Positions 28,436 to 37,561 of a stretch of 64,000 nt of DNA are shown piece by piece (positions within the stretch are counted from its first letter, which is position 1; every line of letters begins with the position of its first letter). Both the position numbers and the translations under genes were made by a program. This DNA comes from a bacterium UBP2_UBA2255 (GTDB lineage Bacteria > Edwardsbacteria > AC1 > EtOH8): positions 9,909 to 73,908 of the forward strand of contig DDXR01000038.1 of NCBI GenBank assembly GCA_002347565.1, in the 5' to 3' direction. The notes beneath the pieces are model-generated. The model was not told the DNA's origin, ran no database searches, and saw nothing but the letters and a program-made list of their open reading frames with translations.

Positions 28436-31400
28436 TCACTCCGCGTTGATCTTGTACCGGGTGTCCTTCATCCGCCGGCTGGAGGCCTGCTCCAGGCTCT
28501 TGGAGAAATACAGCTGCTCGCCCAGCAGCTCCATGAAGTCCCCCTGCATCAGGCGGAGCACCAGGCAGTCGCTCCGCGCCGTCACGCCGGCGGTGCGGGG
28601 CACGTCCAGCAGCAGGGCGATCTCGCCGAAATACTCGCCCGGCCCCAGCTCGGCCACCCTGCTTTCCTGCCCGTCCTTCGCCACAAGGATGTCGACCCGG
28701 CCCTGCTTGATGATGTAGAAGCTGTCGCCGGGGTCGCCCTGCGAGAAGATGCGCTGCCCGGCCTGGTAGCGTTCGGGGATCAGCCGCGATGCCACCATCG
28801 CCATCTGTCCCGGCGCGAACTCGGCGAACAGCGGCAGCTTGGCCAGAAACCCCCGGTTCTCGATCAGCCGGTCGATGCGCGAGGCCAGATCGATCTTCTG
28901 CGACAGCAGCATCGCGAAGTCGGCCCGGTTCAGGGTCAGCAGCGAGCAGTCGGCCACGGCCTTGACCGTGGCGGTGCGCGGCACGTTCTTGACCAGCGCG
29001 ATCTCGCCGAAGTAGTCACCCTGGGACAGCGTGGCCGCCAGGTGCTCGACGCCGTCGGGCATCCGGATCCAGACCTCGACTCGGCCGGACTTGATCAGGT
29101 AGAAGGTGTCGCCCTGCTCCCCCTGGCGGATGATGGTCTCGCCGGCCCGGCGCCGCTCCTCCTTGAGGCGGGAGGACAGGGCCTGTTTTTCCGGTTCGGC
29201 CAGCTCCCAGAATTTCGCCACGCCCTCGATCACGTCCTGTGCGGCCCGGCGCTCCCGCCCCAGGCGGGACAGCGCCAGGCCGGGCGCCCAGCTGGCGCCC
29301 GGCATCAAGTACTGCTGCGCGATCTCCCGCTCCTCCCAGTACAGGCTCTCGTAGGCGGCCCTGAACGCGTTGCCGGCAAAGTAGTGCCCTCCCTCGGCGC
29401 CCAGGTAGGCGTGCATGGCGTCCAGCAGACCACGGAAGGCGGCCGCCCGCTCCACGATCCCCGCGCTCCGCTCGAAGCGCTCCTCGCTGCGGTCGCCGTA
29501 CAGCCGGATCGGCCATTCCCGCGCTATCAGGATCAAGTTCAGCCGGTCGTCCATGGCCCGGGCCGCGGCGTCGCCGAAGAAAGCGGTGAAGTAGGCCCGG
29601 GCCGTCTTGTAAATCCTGACCGCGGCCTGGCGCATCCGCCGCCGTTCTGAGGCGGCCGGCTCGTAGGCCGACGCCCCGGGCGACCACGAGGTGCTCTTGA
29701 TCACCAGGTACAGCCACAGCATGGCCGTCAGCTCCAGCAGCGCCGCTGCGGCGCCCCACACCCGGGACCCGGGATCGATGACGCACAGGCCCCAGGCGGC
29801 TCCGCCCAGCAGGAACAGCACCCAGAAGTACTGCAGGCTCGATCCGCGGTTGTTCCAGACCAGCGACAGCAGCATCAGGAAGTTGGCCGCCGCCAGGAGC
29901 AGGGCCAGGTTTTGGTAGGTCGCCAGATGGGCGGTCAGGCCGATCACCGCCAGCGAGCCGAACCACAGCAGGCCCCACAGCAGGCGCTGCCACGAGCGCC
30001 AGCGGCGCAGGCTGGTGAACGAGAACTGGCTGTAGCCGGCCAGGAACGCCGCCGCCGAGCCGGCCAGCAGGGGGTAGACGCGCGCCGGACCGGGGAACAG
30101 CCGCAGTCCGGCTGCGCACAGCATGGCCGCAAGCAGGCTGGCCAATGTCAGCGACAGGTGCGAGCCGCGGTAGTAGCGGTTGACCCGCATGAACAGGGCA
30201 ATCCCGGCCGTCGCGGCCAGGGCGGCGACCATCCAGTATGCCCATCCGCGGGCGGCGGCTGCCGGCCACGGCGCCGCCAATGCCAGCACGGTGAGCGCAA
30301 TACCGGCGGCCTGCGGCCGGCGGTCCACGAACCGCAGCGCCGCCTGCCAGCCCGCAGCCAGCGCCGCGGCGATCCGTCGGCGGGCCGTCGCGGCCGAGGC
30401 GACCGCTGCCGCCGCCAGGGCCATCGGCAGCGCCGCCATGACCCCGGGCGGCAACGCCTGCGCCAGGCGGCGCAGCGCCGCCAGGGCCTGCTCACGGTAC
30501 AACAGAAAGGCGATGCCCAAGGCCAGTGCCGACCAGGCGAACGCCGCCAGCCCGAACCAGGCGTAGACGCGTTCCTCGCCCGACAGCGTCTGGCCGCGCC
30601 GCAGGCGGGCCCACAATTCGCGGCGCACAAACCTGGTGGCCTTTTCGCGCAAGCCGGGCATGTCCAGCCAGTCGACCAGGACGTAGTACCCGTCCAACGG
30701 CAGCAGCGGGTTGACGTTCAGGAACACCGACAGGTAGGACAGCGCTGCGAACTTGTAGAGCAGGGGGCTGAGGAACGGCAGGGGCGACCACCACACCACC
30801 AGCGATGCTGCGCCGGCCAGGAAGAACTGGGTGTAGGGCCCGACCATGGTGACCAGGATCCGCTGGCGGCGGGGCAGCAGCCAGGTATCGGTGGTGTCGA
30901 CGTAGAATGCGGGGAAACCGAGGCGGAAAATGGTGCCGCCGCTGTTGACCGACCGGCCGAACCGCTTGCAGGCCAGCGCGTGCGACAGTTCGTGGGTGAT
31001 CACCGCCAGATAGTTCAACAGAACCAGGATCAGCAGGCCCCACAGGTAGGAGCCGGACGATTTCAGGACCGAGTAGTGTCCCGACCGCATCACCACGGCG
31101 AAGGCCGCCGCGCCGCCCAGGGCCAGCAGGGCGGTGACCGCGATCACGGCCGGCGAGAAGAACAGGGCAAAGCCGTTCCGGTAGAGGGTTCCCGCCAGTG
31201 CGTCGAAACCGGGGATCGGCCACTGCCGCTGGGGCAGGCGGCGAATGAAGTCCGCCGCCCGCGCCGCCGGCCGCGCCAGGGCCAGCTTGCGCGCCAGCCG
31301 GCGGTACAGTCCGACCGGTCGCCGCGTCAGGAAACCGCCGGCGGACAGCTGCTGCACCAGCGATCCCACCCGGGAGAACGCCAGCGCGCCGTAGCGGCGA

Positions 31401-31663
31401 AAATACTCCACCAGCGCCTGCTGCACGGTGCGGCTGCCGTCGAACAGCGAAAACAGGAAACGGTCGTTGTCGCCCAGCTTGATGTATCCGGCGCCGCCCG
31501 GGGCTTTCAGCACGTGGTAGGGCCTGCCGGCGGCGTCCTCGAACCGCGCCTCCTCGAAACCGGGCCTGACCTGGGGACGGGCCCGGGAGAAGTCGAGTTT
31601 CTCCCCCAGCAGTTCCCACACCGGGCGCCGCCCGGCGCCGCTGTCGCCGGTAGCTCCGTTCAC
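28436..31663 (-). CDS. polytopic membrane protein: PqqD/RRE-like N-terminal domain, M50 (site-2 protease) HExxH...LDG core, additional multi-TM region, tandem C-terminal cyclic-nucleotide-binding domains
   Basis: YIKLGDNDRFLFSLFDGSRTVQQALVEY is PqqD-like; ITHELSHALACKRFG is HExxH; NVNPLLPLDGYYVL is the M50 LDG motif. Two cNMP-binding modules (GEQGDTFYLIKSGRVEV...GDYFGEIAL and GDPGDSFYIIKQGRVDI...GEYFGEIAL). The GTG start at 31663 overlaps the nadD stop (GTGA). Confidence 0.6.
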   Translation of the reverse strand: MNGATGDSGAGRRPVWELLGEKLDFSRARPQVRPGFEEARFEDAAGRPYHVLKAPGGAGYIKLGDNDRFLFSLFDGSRTVQQALVEYFRRYGALAFSRVGSLVQQLSAGGFLTRRPVGLYRRLARKLALARPAARAADFIRRLPQRQWPIPGFDALAGTLYRNGFALFFSPAVIAVTALLALGGAAAFAVVMRSGHYSVLKSSGSYLWGLLILVLLNYLAVITHELSHALACKRFGRSVNSGGTIFRLGFPAFYVDTTDTWLLPRRQRILVTMVGPYTQFFLAGAASLVVWWSPLPFLSPLLYKFAALSYLSVFLNVNPLLPLDGYYVLVDWLDMPGLREKATRFVRRELWARLRRGQTLSGEERVYAWFGLAAFAWSALALGIAFLLYREQALAALRRLAQALPPGVMAALPMALAAAAVASAATARRRIAAALAAGWQAALRFVDRRPQAAGIALTVLALAAPWPAAAARGWAYWMVAALAATAGIALFMRVNRYYRGSHLSLTLASLLAAMLCAAGLRLFPGPARVYPLLAGSAAAFLAGYSQFSFTSLRRWRSWQRLLWGLLWFGSLAVIGLTAHLATYQNLALLLAAANFLMLLSLVWNNRGSSLQYFWVLFLLGGAAWGLCVIDPGSRVWGAAAALLELTAMLWLYLVIKSTSWSPGASAYEPAASERRRMRQAAVRIYKTARAYFTAFFGDAAARAMDDRLNLILIAREWPIRLYGDRSEERFERSAGIVERAAAFRGLLDAMHAYLGAEGGHYFAGNAFRAAYESLYWEEREIAQQYLMPGASWAPGLALSRLGRERRAAQDVIEGVAKFWELAEPEKQALSSRLKEERRRAGETIIRQGEQGDTFYLIKSGRVEVWIRMPDGVEHLAATLSQGDYFGEIALVKNVPRTATVKAVADCSLLTLNRADFAMLLSQKIDLASRIDRLIENRGFLAKLPLFAEFAPGQMAMVASRLIPERYQAGQRIFSQGDPGDSFYIIKQGRVDILVAKDGQESRVAELGPGEYFGEIALLLDVPRTAGVTARSDCLVLRLMQGDFMELLGEQLYFSKSLEQASSRRMKDTRYKINAE

Positions 31664-32298
31664 CTTCTGTATAATCCGTGCTGCATGATGTAGCGTTCGA
31701 CGGCCGGCGGGACCAAGTGGCGGATCTCCCGTCCCCGCCCGACCCGCCGCCGGATGTCGCTGGCGCTGATCTCGATGGCGGGCACCGGGACCAACCGCAG
31801 GCGCCGCCGCCACCGCGGATGGATCCACTCAGGCTGGTAGCCCGGCCGGGACAGCGCGCAGACCGCGGCCAGCCGGAACAACCGCGCCGGGTCCCGCCAG
31901 GTGCCCAACAGCGCAGCCTGATCGGCCCCGATCAGAAGATAGAGCCGCGGCCGCCGATCGTCCTGGCGCAGCCGCTGCAGCGTTTCTGCGGTGTAGGAGA
32001 CGCAGCGGGCATCGACCTCGATCCGGGACACGCGGAACAGCGGATCCCCCCGCACCGCCAGCGCCGCCATCCGGATCCGGTCGGCAGCCGGCGCCAGGCG
32101 CCGCCGGCATTTATGCGGCGGCCGGCCGGCCGGCACCAGCAGCACCAGGTCCAGTCCCAATCGCTCCGCCGCCTCCCGGGCGGCGATCAGGTGGCCGACA
32201 TGGATGGGATCGAACGTGCCGCCGAAGACGCCTATCCGTCGGCGCCGCGGCGGTGCCACTTGGCCGTCAGGCTGCCGCCAAATCCCCATGGCAGCCAT
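31660..32298 (-). CDS. nadD: nicotinate-nucleotide adenylyltransferase
   Basis: GVFGGTFDPIHVGHL (HxGH), ISASDIRRRV and overall length match NadD. Confidence 0.85.
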   Translation of the reverse strand: MAAMGIWRQPDGQVAPPRRRRIGVFGGTFDPIHVGHLIAAREAAERLGLDLVLLVPAGRPPHKCRRRLAPAADRIRMAALAVRGDPLFRVSRIEVDARCVSYTAETLQRLRQDDRRPRLYLLIGADQAALLGTWRDPARLFRLAAVCALSRPGYQPEWIHPRWRRRLRLVPVPAIEISASDIRRRVGRGREIRHLVPPAVERYIMQHGLYRR

Positions 32299-32331
32299 GG
32301 GTTTCGTTGCGGCGCGGGACGGCGGACGCGC

Positions 32332-33033
32332 TCAGTTCCGTCCCCCGGGAACGGCCCGCATCGTATCGGCCGTCCCCGGCAACGGCGCGGCCGCGGGCAA
32401 TCCCGCCAGCAGCGTTCTGGCCTCGGCGGCCCACTTGGTGTCTGGGTACTCGTTGACGATGCCCTCGAGATAGATCCTGGCCGAGCGGAACAACTTGCGC
32501 TTGGCGTAGAACTTACCGGCCTCGAACTCCTTCCGGGCCAGCTTCTCCTGGATCTCCACCCGCACCGACCGGGCACGGTCGGCCAGCTTGCTGTCCGGAA
32601 ACCTATCGAAGAACCGGTCGATGGCCTCCAGCGCCCGTTCCCCGGTCTCGCGCTGGTCCAGGGCGTGGTGCGGGGACAGCTTGAGATAGGCTTGGGCCAG
32701 GCGGATCTGGGCCTCATCGGCCCGGGCGGCGTCCGGGTAATCGGCCAGGAACAGCTGGTAGTCCTCGGCCGCAGTCTCGTACTCCTTCATCTTGAAGTGG
32801 CACTCTCCCAGCAAAAAGCCGGCCTCGGCGGCGATCCGAGTGCCGGAGTAGTTGTAAAGCACCTCCTTGAAGTCATCCGCCGCCCGCGAGTACTTCCCTG
32901 CCTCATACCGGGTCCTGCCGCGGCCGAGCAGGTCCTCGGCGTCAAGCTTGATCAGGCCCTGCTTGGTCCCGCAGGACGAAAGCGCCAGCAGCGTCCCGGC
33001 GATCAACGCCACGGCGGGTATCCTCTTGAACAT
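32332..33033 (-). CDS. bamD: outer membrane protein assembly factor BamD-like TPR lipoprotein
   Basis: Lipoprotein signal (LALSSCG) and TPR repeats with YxxAxxxF / YPDxxxA motifs typical of BamD/YfiO. Confidence 0.65.
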   Translation of the reverse strand: MFKRIPAVALIAGTLLALSSCGTKQGLIKLDAEDLLGRGRTRYEAGKYSRAADDFKEVLYNYSGTRIAAEAGFLLGECHFKMKEYETAAEDYQLFLADYPDAARADEAQIRLAQAYLKLSPHHALDQRETGERALEAIDRFFDRFPDSKLADRARSVRVEIQEKLARKEFEAGKFYAKRKLFRSARIYLEGIVNEYPDTKWAAEARTLLAGLPAAAPLPGTADTMRAVPGGRN

Positions 33034-33148
33034 GTCCGCTCCTTCATCACTTCGTTGTTCTGGTACGATGGCGGGGTGCGCCGTTCTATTGTAACGTGGA
33101 ATGGAGGAAAAATCAACTTTTTTCGGCGGCGGCCGCCTGCCGCGGCGG

Positions 33149-34258
33149 TCACGCCAGCCGTTTGATGGCCCGGATCACGGTCTGCTGGTCCGCCACGGTC
33201 AGCCGATGGTGGAACGGTATCGCCAGGCTGCGGTCGGCGATGCCCTCGGCCACCGGGAAATCACCCCGGCGATGGCCCAGCAGCTTCCGGGCGTAGGGCT
33301 GCAGGTGCAGGGCCGGGAAGTAGTGCGCGCATTGGATGCCGCGACGGTTGAGGGCGGCGATCAACCGGTCTCGCGCTTTGCCCGCCAACGGTTCGGGGAC
33401 GAGCACGACGAACACGAACCAGCTGCGGCTGGTCCCGGGGACCTCCGGCAGCACCGTGAACCCCGGCAGCGCTCGAGCGAACAGGGTCCGGTACGACTCC
33501 GCCAGCCGGCGGCGGCGCGCCAGCAGCTGGCGGAGCCGCGACAGCTGCACCCGGCCCAGCGCCGCCGCCATCTCCGACATCCGGTAGTTGTAGCCCAGCT
33601 GATGGTGGGCCAGCCAGCCGCCCATCGCTGTCCGGCCCTGGTTGCGCAGGCTGCGGATGCGTGCCGCCAGGGCGTCGCCATCGCACACCGCCATCCCCCC
33701 CTCGCCGGTGGTGATCTGTTTGTTGGGGTAGAACCCGAAGGCGGCCGCATCCCCGAACGACCCGGCCGCGCGGCCGGCGCGCGACGCCCCCAGCGCCTCG
33801 CAGGAGTCCTCGATCAGTCGCAGGCCGCGGCGGCCGCAGATCCCCTCCAGCGCCGGGTAATCGGCCGGCACGCCGAACACATCCACCGCCAGCACCGCTT
33901 TGGTGCGCCGGGTCAGGCGGCGCCGGACCTCGTCGGGGTCGATGTTGAAGCTGACCGGATCGACGTCGGCCAGCACCGGCCGCGCCCCGGCGTACAGGAT
34001 GCAGTTGAGCGAGGAGGCGAACGAGTAGGGCGTGGTGATCACCTCGTCCCCGGGCCCCAGGCCCAGCGTCCTCGCGATCAGGTGCAGCGCCGCCGTCCCC
34101 GACGAGACCGCCACGGCATGCTTCCGGCCGACGCTGCGGGCGAAGGCGCGCTCGAACCCCACGATCTCCGGGCCGAGGCTGAGAGTCCCCGACCGCATCA
34201 CCGACGCGACCGCGGCGATCTCGCGGGCCGTGATGTCCGGATGGGCGAGCTTGATCAT
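33149..34258 (-). CDS. DegT/DnrJ/EryC1/StrS family sugar aminotransferase (PLP-dependent)
   Basis: AVSSGTAALHL, DEVITTPYSF, FYPNKQITTGEGG and the SxxK region match nucleotide-sugar aminotransferases. Confidence 0.85.
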   Translation of the reverse strand: MIKLAHPDITAREIAAVASVMRSGTLSLGPEIVGFERAFARSVGRKHAVAVSSGTAALHLIARTLGLGPGDEVITTPYSFASSLNCILYAGARPVLADVDPVSFNIDPDEVRRRLTRRTKAVLAVDVFGVPADYPALEGICGRRGLRLIEDSCEALGASRAGRAAGSFGDAAAFGFYPNKQITTGEGGMAVCDGDALAARIRSLRNQGRTAMGGWLAHHQLGYNYRMSEMAAALGRVQLSRLRQLLARRRRLAESYRTLFARALPGFTVLPEVPGTSRSWFVFVVLVPEPLAGKARDRLIAALNRRGIQCAHYFPALHLQPYARKLLGHRRGDFPVAEGIADRSLAIPFHHRLTVADQQTVIRAIKRLA

Positions 34259-34265
34259 GGTTCAA

Positions 34266-35285
34266 CTACGTTCCGTTGCGCTGGTTGGTTACCGGGGAAA
34301 ACATGCCCAGCCGGACCGCCCACGCCGACACTGCCAGCCAGCCGGCGGCGGCCAAGGATGCGACGGCCCAGGGGTCGAGGAACGGCGCGGCCGCCCCCAA
34401 TCCGGCGAAGCACAGGCCCAGCAGGTACATCGATATGTCCGTCTTCCAGACCGACCGGGTGCGCAGGTAGACCAGGTCGTACAAGTGGCGCCGGTCTCCG
34501 GTGAAGACATCGCGGTGCAGCAGCAGGCGCCGCACGATCGCCAGACCGGTGTCCAGGATCAGCGGCGAGAGGATGATCGCCCCGGCCATCAGCCGGACCG
34601 GATGGCCGGCTCCGACGGTCAGCAGCAGGCCGGACAGGCTGAATCCCAGCACCAGGCTGCCGCAGTCCCCCATAAAGATCCGGGCCGGCGGCATGTTGGC
34701 AAGCCAGAACGCGGCGCAGGCGCCAGCCAGCGCCAGCGCCCAGGATCCCTCCAGCGCCAGTCCGGCTGTCCGGGACAGGGCGCAGAAACCGAGGGCGGCG
34801 ATGGCGGCCATGCCGGCGGCCAGGCCGTCCAGCCCGTCCATAAAGTTCAGGGCGTTGGCCCCGCCCACCAGCGCCAGCACGGCGATCATGACGTCCAACC
34901 GCTCGAAGCCGGTCATCCTGGCGTACGGCGACAGCATGGCGAACAGCAGCGCGGCCAGCACCAGGCCGATGGCCTTGAGATATGGCCGGATCTCGTGCAG
35001 GTCGTCGAGCAGCCCCACCAGAAAGAACGCCAGCGTGCCGATGGTGACGGCCGCGGACTGCCGGGCGGAGCCGCCGGTTCCCGGCAGCAGCTTCATCGTT
35101 TCCAGAGACAGCACCACTCCCAGCAGGATGGCTATCCCGCCGCTGCGGGGCACCGGCGCCCGGTGCATGCCCAGCTCGTCCGGAGTATCCCAGGCGCCCA
35201 GGCGGCGGCCCAGCAGACGGGCCAGCGGCAGCGAGGCCAGGACTGCTGCAAACGCGACGACCGTCACGATGATGTCATGGTGCAT
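34266..35285 (-). CDS. glycosyltransferase family 4 (WecA/MraY-like initiating phosphotransferase)
   Basis: LLDDLHEI, NALNFMDGLDGLAAG and FMGDCGSLVLGF motifs. Confidence 0.8.
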   Translation of the reverse strand: MHHDIIVTVVAFAAVLASLPLARLLGRRLGAWDTPDELGMHRAPVPRSGGIAILLGVVLSLETMKLLPGTGGSARQSAAVTIGTLAFFLVGLLDDLHEIRPYLKAIGLVLAALLFAMLSPYARMTGFERLDVMIAVLALVGGANALNFMDGLDGLAAGMAAIAALGFCALSRTAGLALEGSWALALAGACAAFWLANMPPARIFMGDCGSLVLGFSLSGLLLTVGAGHPVRLMAGAIILSPLILDTGLAIVRRLLLHRDVFTGDRRHLYDLVYLRTRSVWKTDISMYLLGLCFAGLGAAAPFLDPWAVASLAAAGWLAVSAWAVRLGMFSPVTNQRNGT

Positions 35286-35309
35286 GGTCCATCCTCCTGT
35301 TGCCGCCCG

Positions 35310-36497
35310 CTACCGCCGCGTTCCCAGAAATCCGGCGATGGCGGCGGCCATCCGTTGCGCCGCCCGGCCGTCCCACCTCGGAATGCGGCAGGGGGCGGCC
35401 GGCCGGCCGGCGCTCGTGGCGCCCAGGGTCGCGCCCCTGCGCCACGCCCGCCAGGCCCCGAGGATCTGCGCCCGGTCGGTCCCGGCCAACCGGTTGGTGC
35501 CGTGCGCGATCGTCACCGGCCGTTCGGTATTGGTCCGGACCGTGAAGCAGGGGACGCCCAGGTACGTGGTCTCCTCCTGCACCCCGCCGGAATCGGTGAA
35601 GACGCAGGCCGCGCAGGATTCGGCCCTGATGAAGTCGAGGTATCCCATCGGTGGCATCAGGTGCAGGCCGGCCGCGCGGATCTTCGACCCATCGTGCCCG
35701 ATCCGAACGAACCTCCCGAGCGAGCCGAAACGCTCGAGGCTGGCCAGCGACCTCGGGTGCGCCGGCCACAGCACGGGAAGCTCCTGGGCGATATCGGCCA
35801 GCGCCGACAGGATCCCGGCCAGCGCGGCGCGGTCGTCGACATTGGCCGGCCGGTGCAGGGTGGCCAGGGCGTAGGGCCGCACCGTGCCGCCGCGTTCCAG
35901 CCCCAGCCGGCGCAGCACCGGCCGGCGCCGCGCCTTGGCCAATCCGGTCCGCAGCGAGTCGATCATCACGTTGCCGGCGAAGACGACCTTCGCTCCCGCA
36001 ATTCCCTCGCGCCGCAGGTTCCGGTCGGCGTCGGCGCAGTGCGTGAACAGCAGGCCGGACAGGTGGTCGGTGGCGATGCGGTTGATCTCCTCCGGCATCG
36101 ACCGGTCGCGGCTGCGCAGCCCGGCCTCGACGTGGGCCACGGGAATCCCCAGCTTGGCCGCCGCCAGCGCGCCGGCCAGGGTCGAGTTGACGTCGCCCAC
36201 CACCACGACCAGGTCGGGCCGCTCGCGGAACAGCACCCGCTCGAATGCCTCCAATACCGCCGCTGTCTGCGCCGCATGGCTGCCCGAGCCCGCGCCCAGG
36301 CAGTGGTCCGGCCCCGGCATCCCCAGCTCGCGGAGGAACACACGGGACATCAGGGCATCGTAGTGCTGCCCGGTGTGGACGGTCACCACCTGCGGCCGCC
36401 GGCCCGGCGGGAGCGCTCGCAACGCCCTGACCAGCGGCGCCACCTTGGGGAAGTTGGGGCGCGCGCCGGCGACGATGATCACCTTCTTCGCGCTCAT
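35310..36497 (-). CDS. wecB: UDP-N-acetylglucosamine 2-epimerase (non-hydrolysing)
   Basis: KVIIVAGARPNFPKVAPL...HTGQHYD...VVVGDVNSTLAGALAA...DSGGVQEE match WecB/MnaA. Start at MSAKK (36497) overlaps the GT2 stop (ATGA). The listed 587-aa ORF is over-extended. Confidence 0.88.
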   Translation of the reverse strand: MSAKKVIIVAGARPNFPKVAPLVRALRALPPGRRPQVVTVHTGQHYDALMSRVFLRELGMPGPDHCLGAGSGSHAAQTAAVLEAFERVLFRERPDLVVVVGDVNSTLAGALAAAKLGIPVAHVEAGLRSRDRSMPEEINRIATDHLSGLLFTHCADADRNLRREGIAGAKVVFAGNVMIDSLRTGLAKARRRPVLRRLGLERGGTVRPYALATLHRPANVDDRAALAGILSALADIAQELPVLWPAHPRSLASLERFGSLGRFVRIGHDGSKIRAAGLHLMPPMGYLDFIRAESCAACVFTDSGGVQEETTYLGVPCFTVRTNTERPVTIAHGTNRLAGTDRAQILGAWRAWRRGATLGATSAGRPAAPCRIPRWDGRAAQRMAAAIAGFLGTRR

Positions 36498-37561
36498 GGC
36501 AGCACCGGGGGTTTCCGCCGGCGGAAGGGCATGGCCAGCAAGCCCCAGGCCGAACCCAATCCGTAGGAGAGGTGCAGCGTGGCGAACACGAACGGCAGCA
36601 GCGCCAGGGCCCGCAGCGACGGTCGCCGGGGATCGTCGGTCGCTGGGCCCGGATCCCCTGTGCCGGCGCGAAGCGTGAAGAACAATGCTGCCAAGAGGTA
36701 AGCGGCGACGGTCGTCCAGAAGACGGCCGACGCCAGGCGCGCCCAGGGCGATTGCCCCGGCAACACCAGCGCCGAGGCTCCGAACAGCAGCAGGCCCGAC
36801 ACGAAGACCAACGGGACATAATGCCTGGGTTTCGGCGCGGACGGGTTGTCCGGCAGGAAGTGCGCGATCTCGTACCCGTCGGCCCAGCGCTGGCGCCAGG
36901 TCCCGCCCAGCGTCGTACGGCAATAGTACCACGCCCTGATCAGAGGCGACAAGTAAATGGTGAATCCCGCGGCCCGCAGCCTGGCGTTGAACTCCAGGTC
37001 CTCGGTGCGCGACCGCCGCTCGTCCAGCGGGCCGGTCCTGGCGAACACGTCGCGCCGGTAGCAGCCAGGCCACACCGTCTCGACGAACCCCTCGGCGCCG
37101 GGGTTCCGGAACCGTCCGCCGCCCAGCCCGAACGGACTGTGATGGGCCAGCGCCACGGCCCGGGCCACGGCCGTCCCGCGGGCCGGCAGGGCCACCGCCG
37201 GGCCGCCCACGTTGGCGGCGCCGGTCCGCTCCATCACCTCCAGGCAGCGCTTGACGTAGTCGGGCTGATAGCGGGCATGGGCGTCCAGCATCACCAGCAC
37301 GTCGCCCCGCGCCGCCTTGATGCCGATGTTCCTGCCCGCCGCCACGCCTTTTCCTGGATTGAGTATAATCCTACAATTTGGAATTTTGAATTTGGAAGAT
37401 TGAATTTGATCGATGGTCCCGTCATCGGACATCCCGTCGACCACCAGCACTTCGCTGTCGATGCCGTGCAGGTCCAGCGCCAGCACCGACTCCAGGCAGC
37501 GGCCGATGTGCGCGGCCTCGTTGCGCACGGGCACGATGATCGAGACGGAGGGACTAGCCAT
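36494..37561 (-). CDS. glycosyltransferase family 2 with C-terminal TM segments
   Basis: SIIVPVRNEAAHIGRCLESVL...VVDGMSDDGT...DAH match GT2 (DxD/DAH). Confidence 0.8.
   Translation of the reverse strand: MASPSVSIIVPVRNEAAHIGRCLESVLALDLHGIDSEVLVVDGMSDDGTIDQIQSSKFKIPNCRIILNPGKGVAAGRNIGIKAARGDVLVMLDAHARYQPDYVKRCLEVMERTGAANVGGPAVALPARGTAVARAVALAHHSPFGLGGGRFRNPGAEGFVETVWPGCYRRDVFARTGPLDERRSRTEDLEFNARLRAAGFTIYLSPLIRAWYYCRTTLGGTWRQRWADGYEIAHFLPDNPSAPKPRHYVPLVFVSGLLLFGASALVLPGQSPWARLASAVFWTTVAAYLLAALFFTLRAGTGDPGPATDDPRRPSLRALALLPFVFATLHLSYGLGSAWGLLAMPFRRRKPPVLP

Noticed and set aside
33034-33148. Terminator between bamD and the aminotransferase gene
   Set aside because: A GGCGGCCGCC palindrome exists, but the adjacent T-run lies on the wrong side for either transcript direction; too weak to call.
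35310-37073. 587-aa ORF as a single gene
   Set aside because: The N-terminal 192 codons overlap the GT2 gene (36494-37561). WecB homology begins at MSAKKVIIVAGARPNF (36497), where an ATGA overlap with the GT2 stop occurs.
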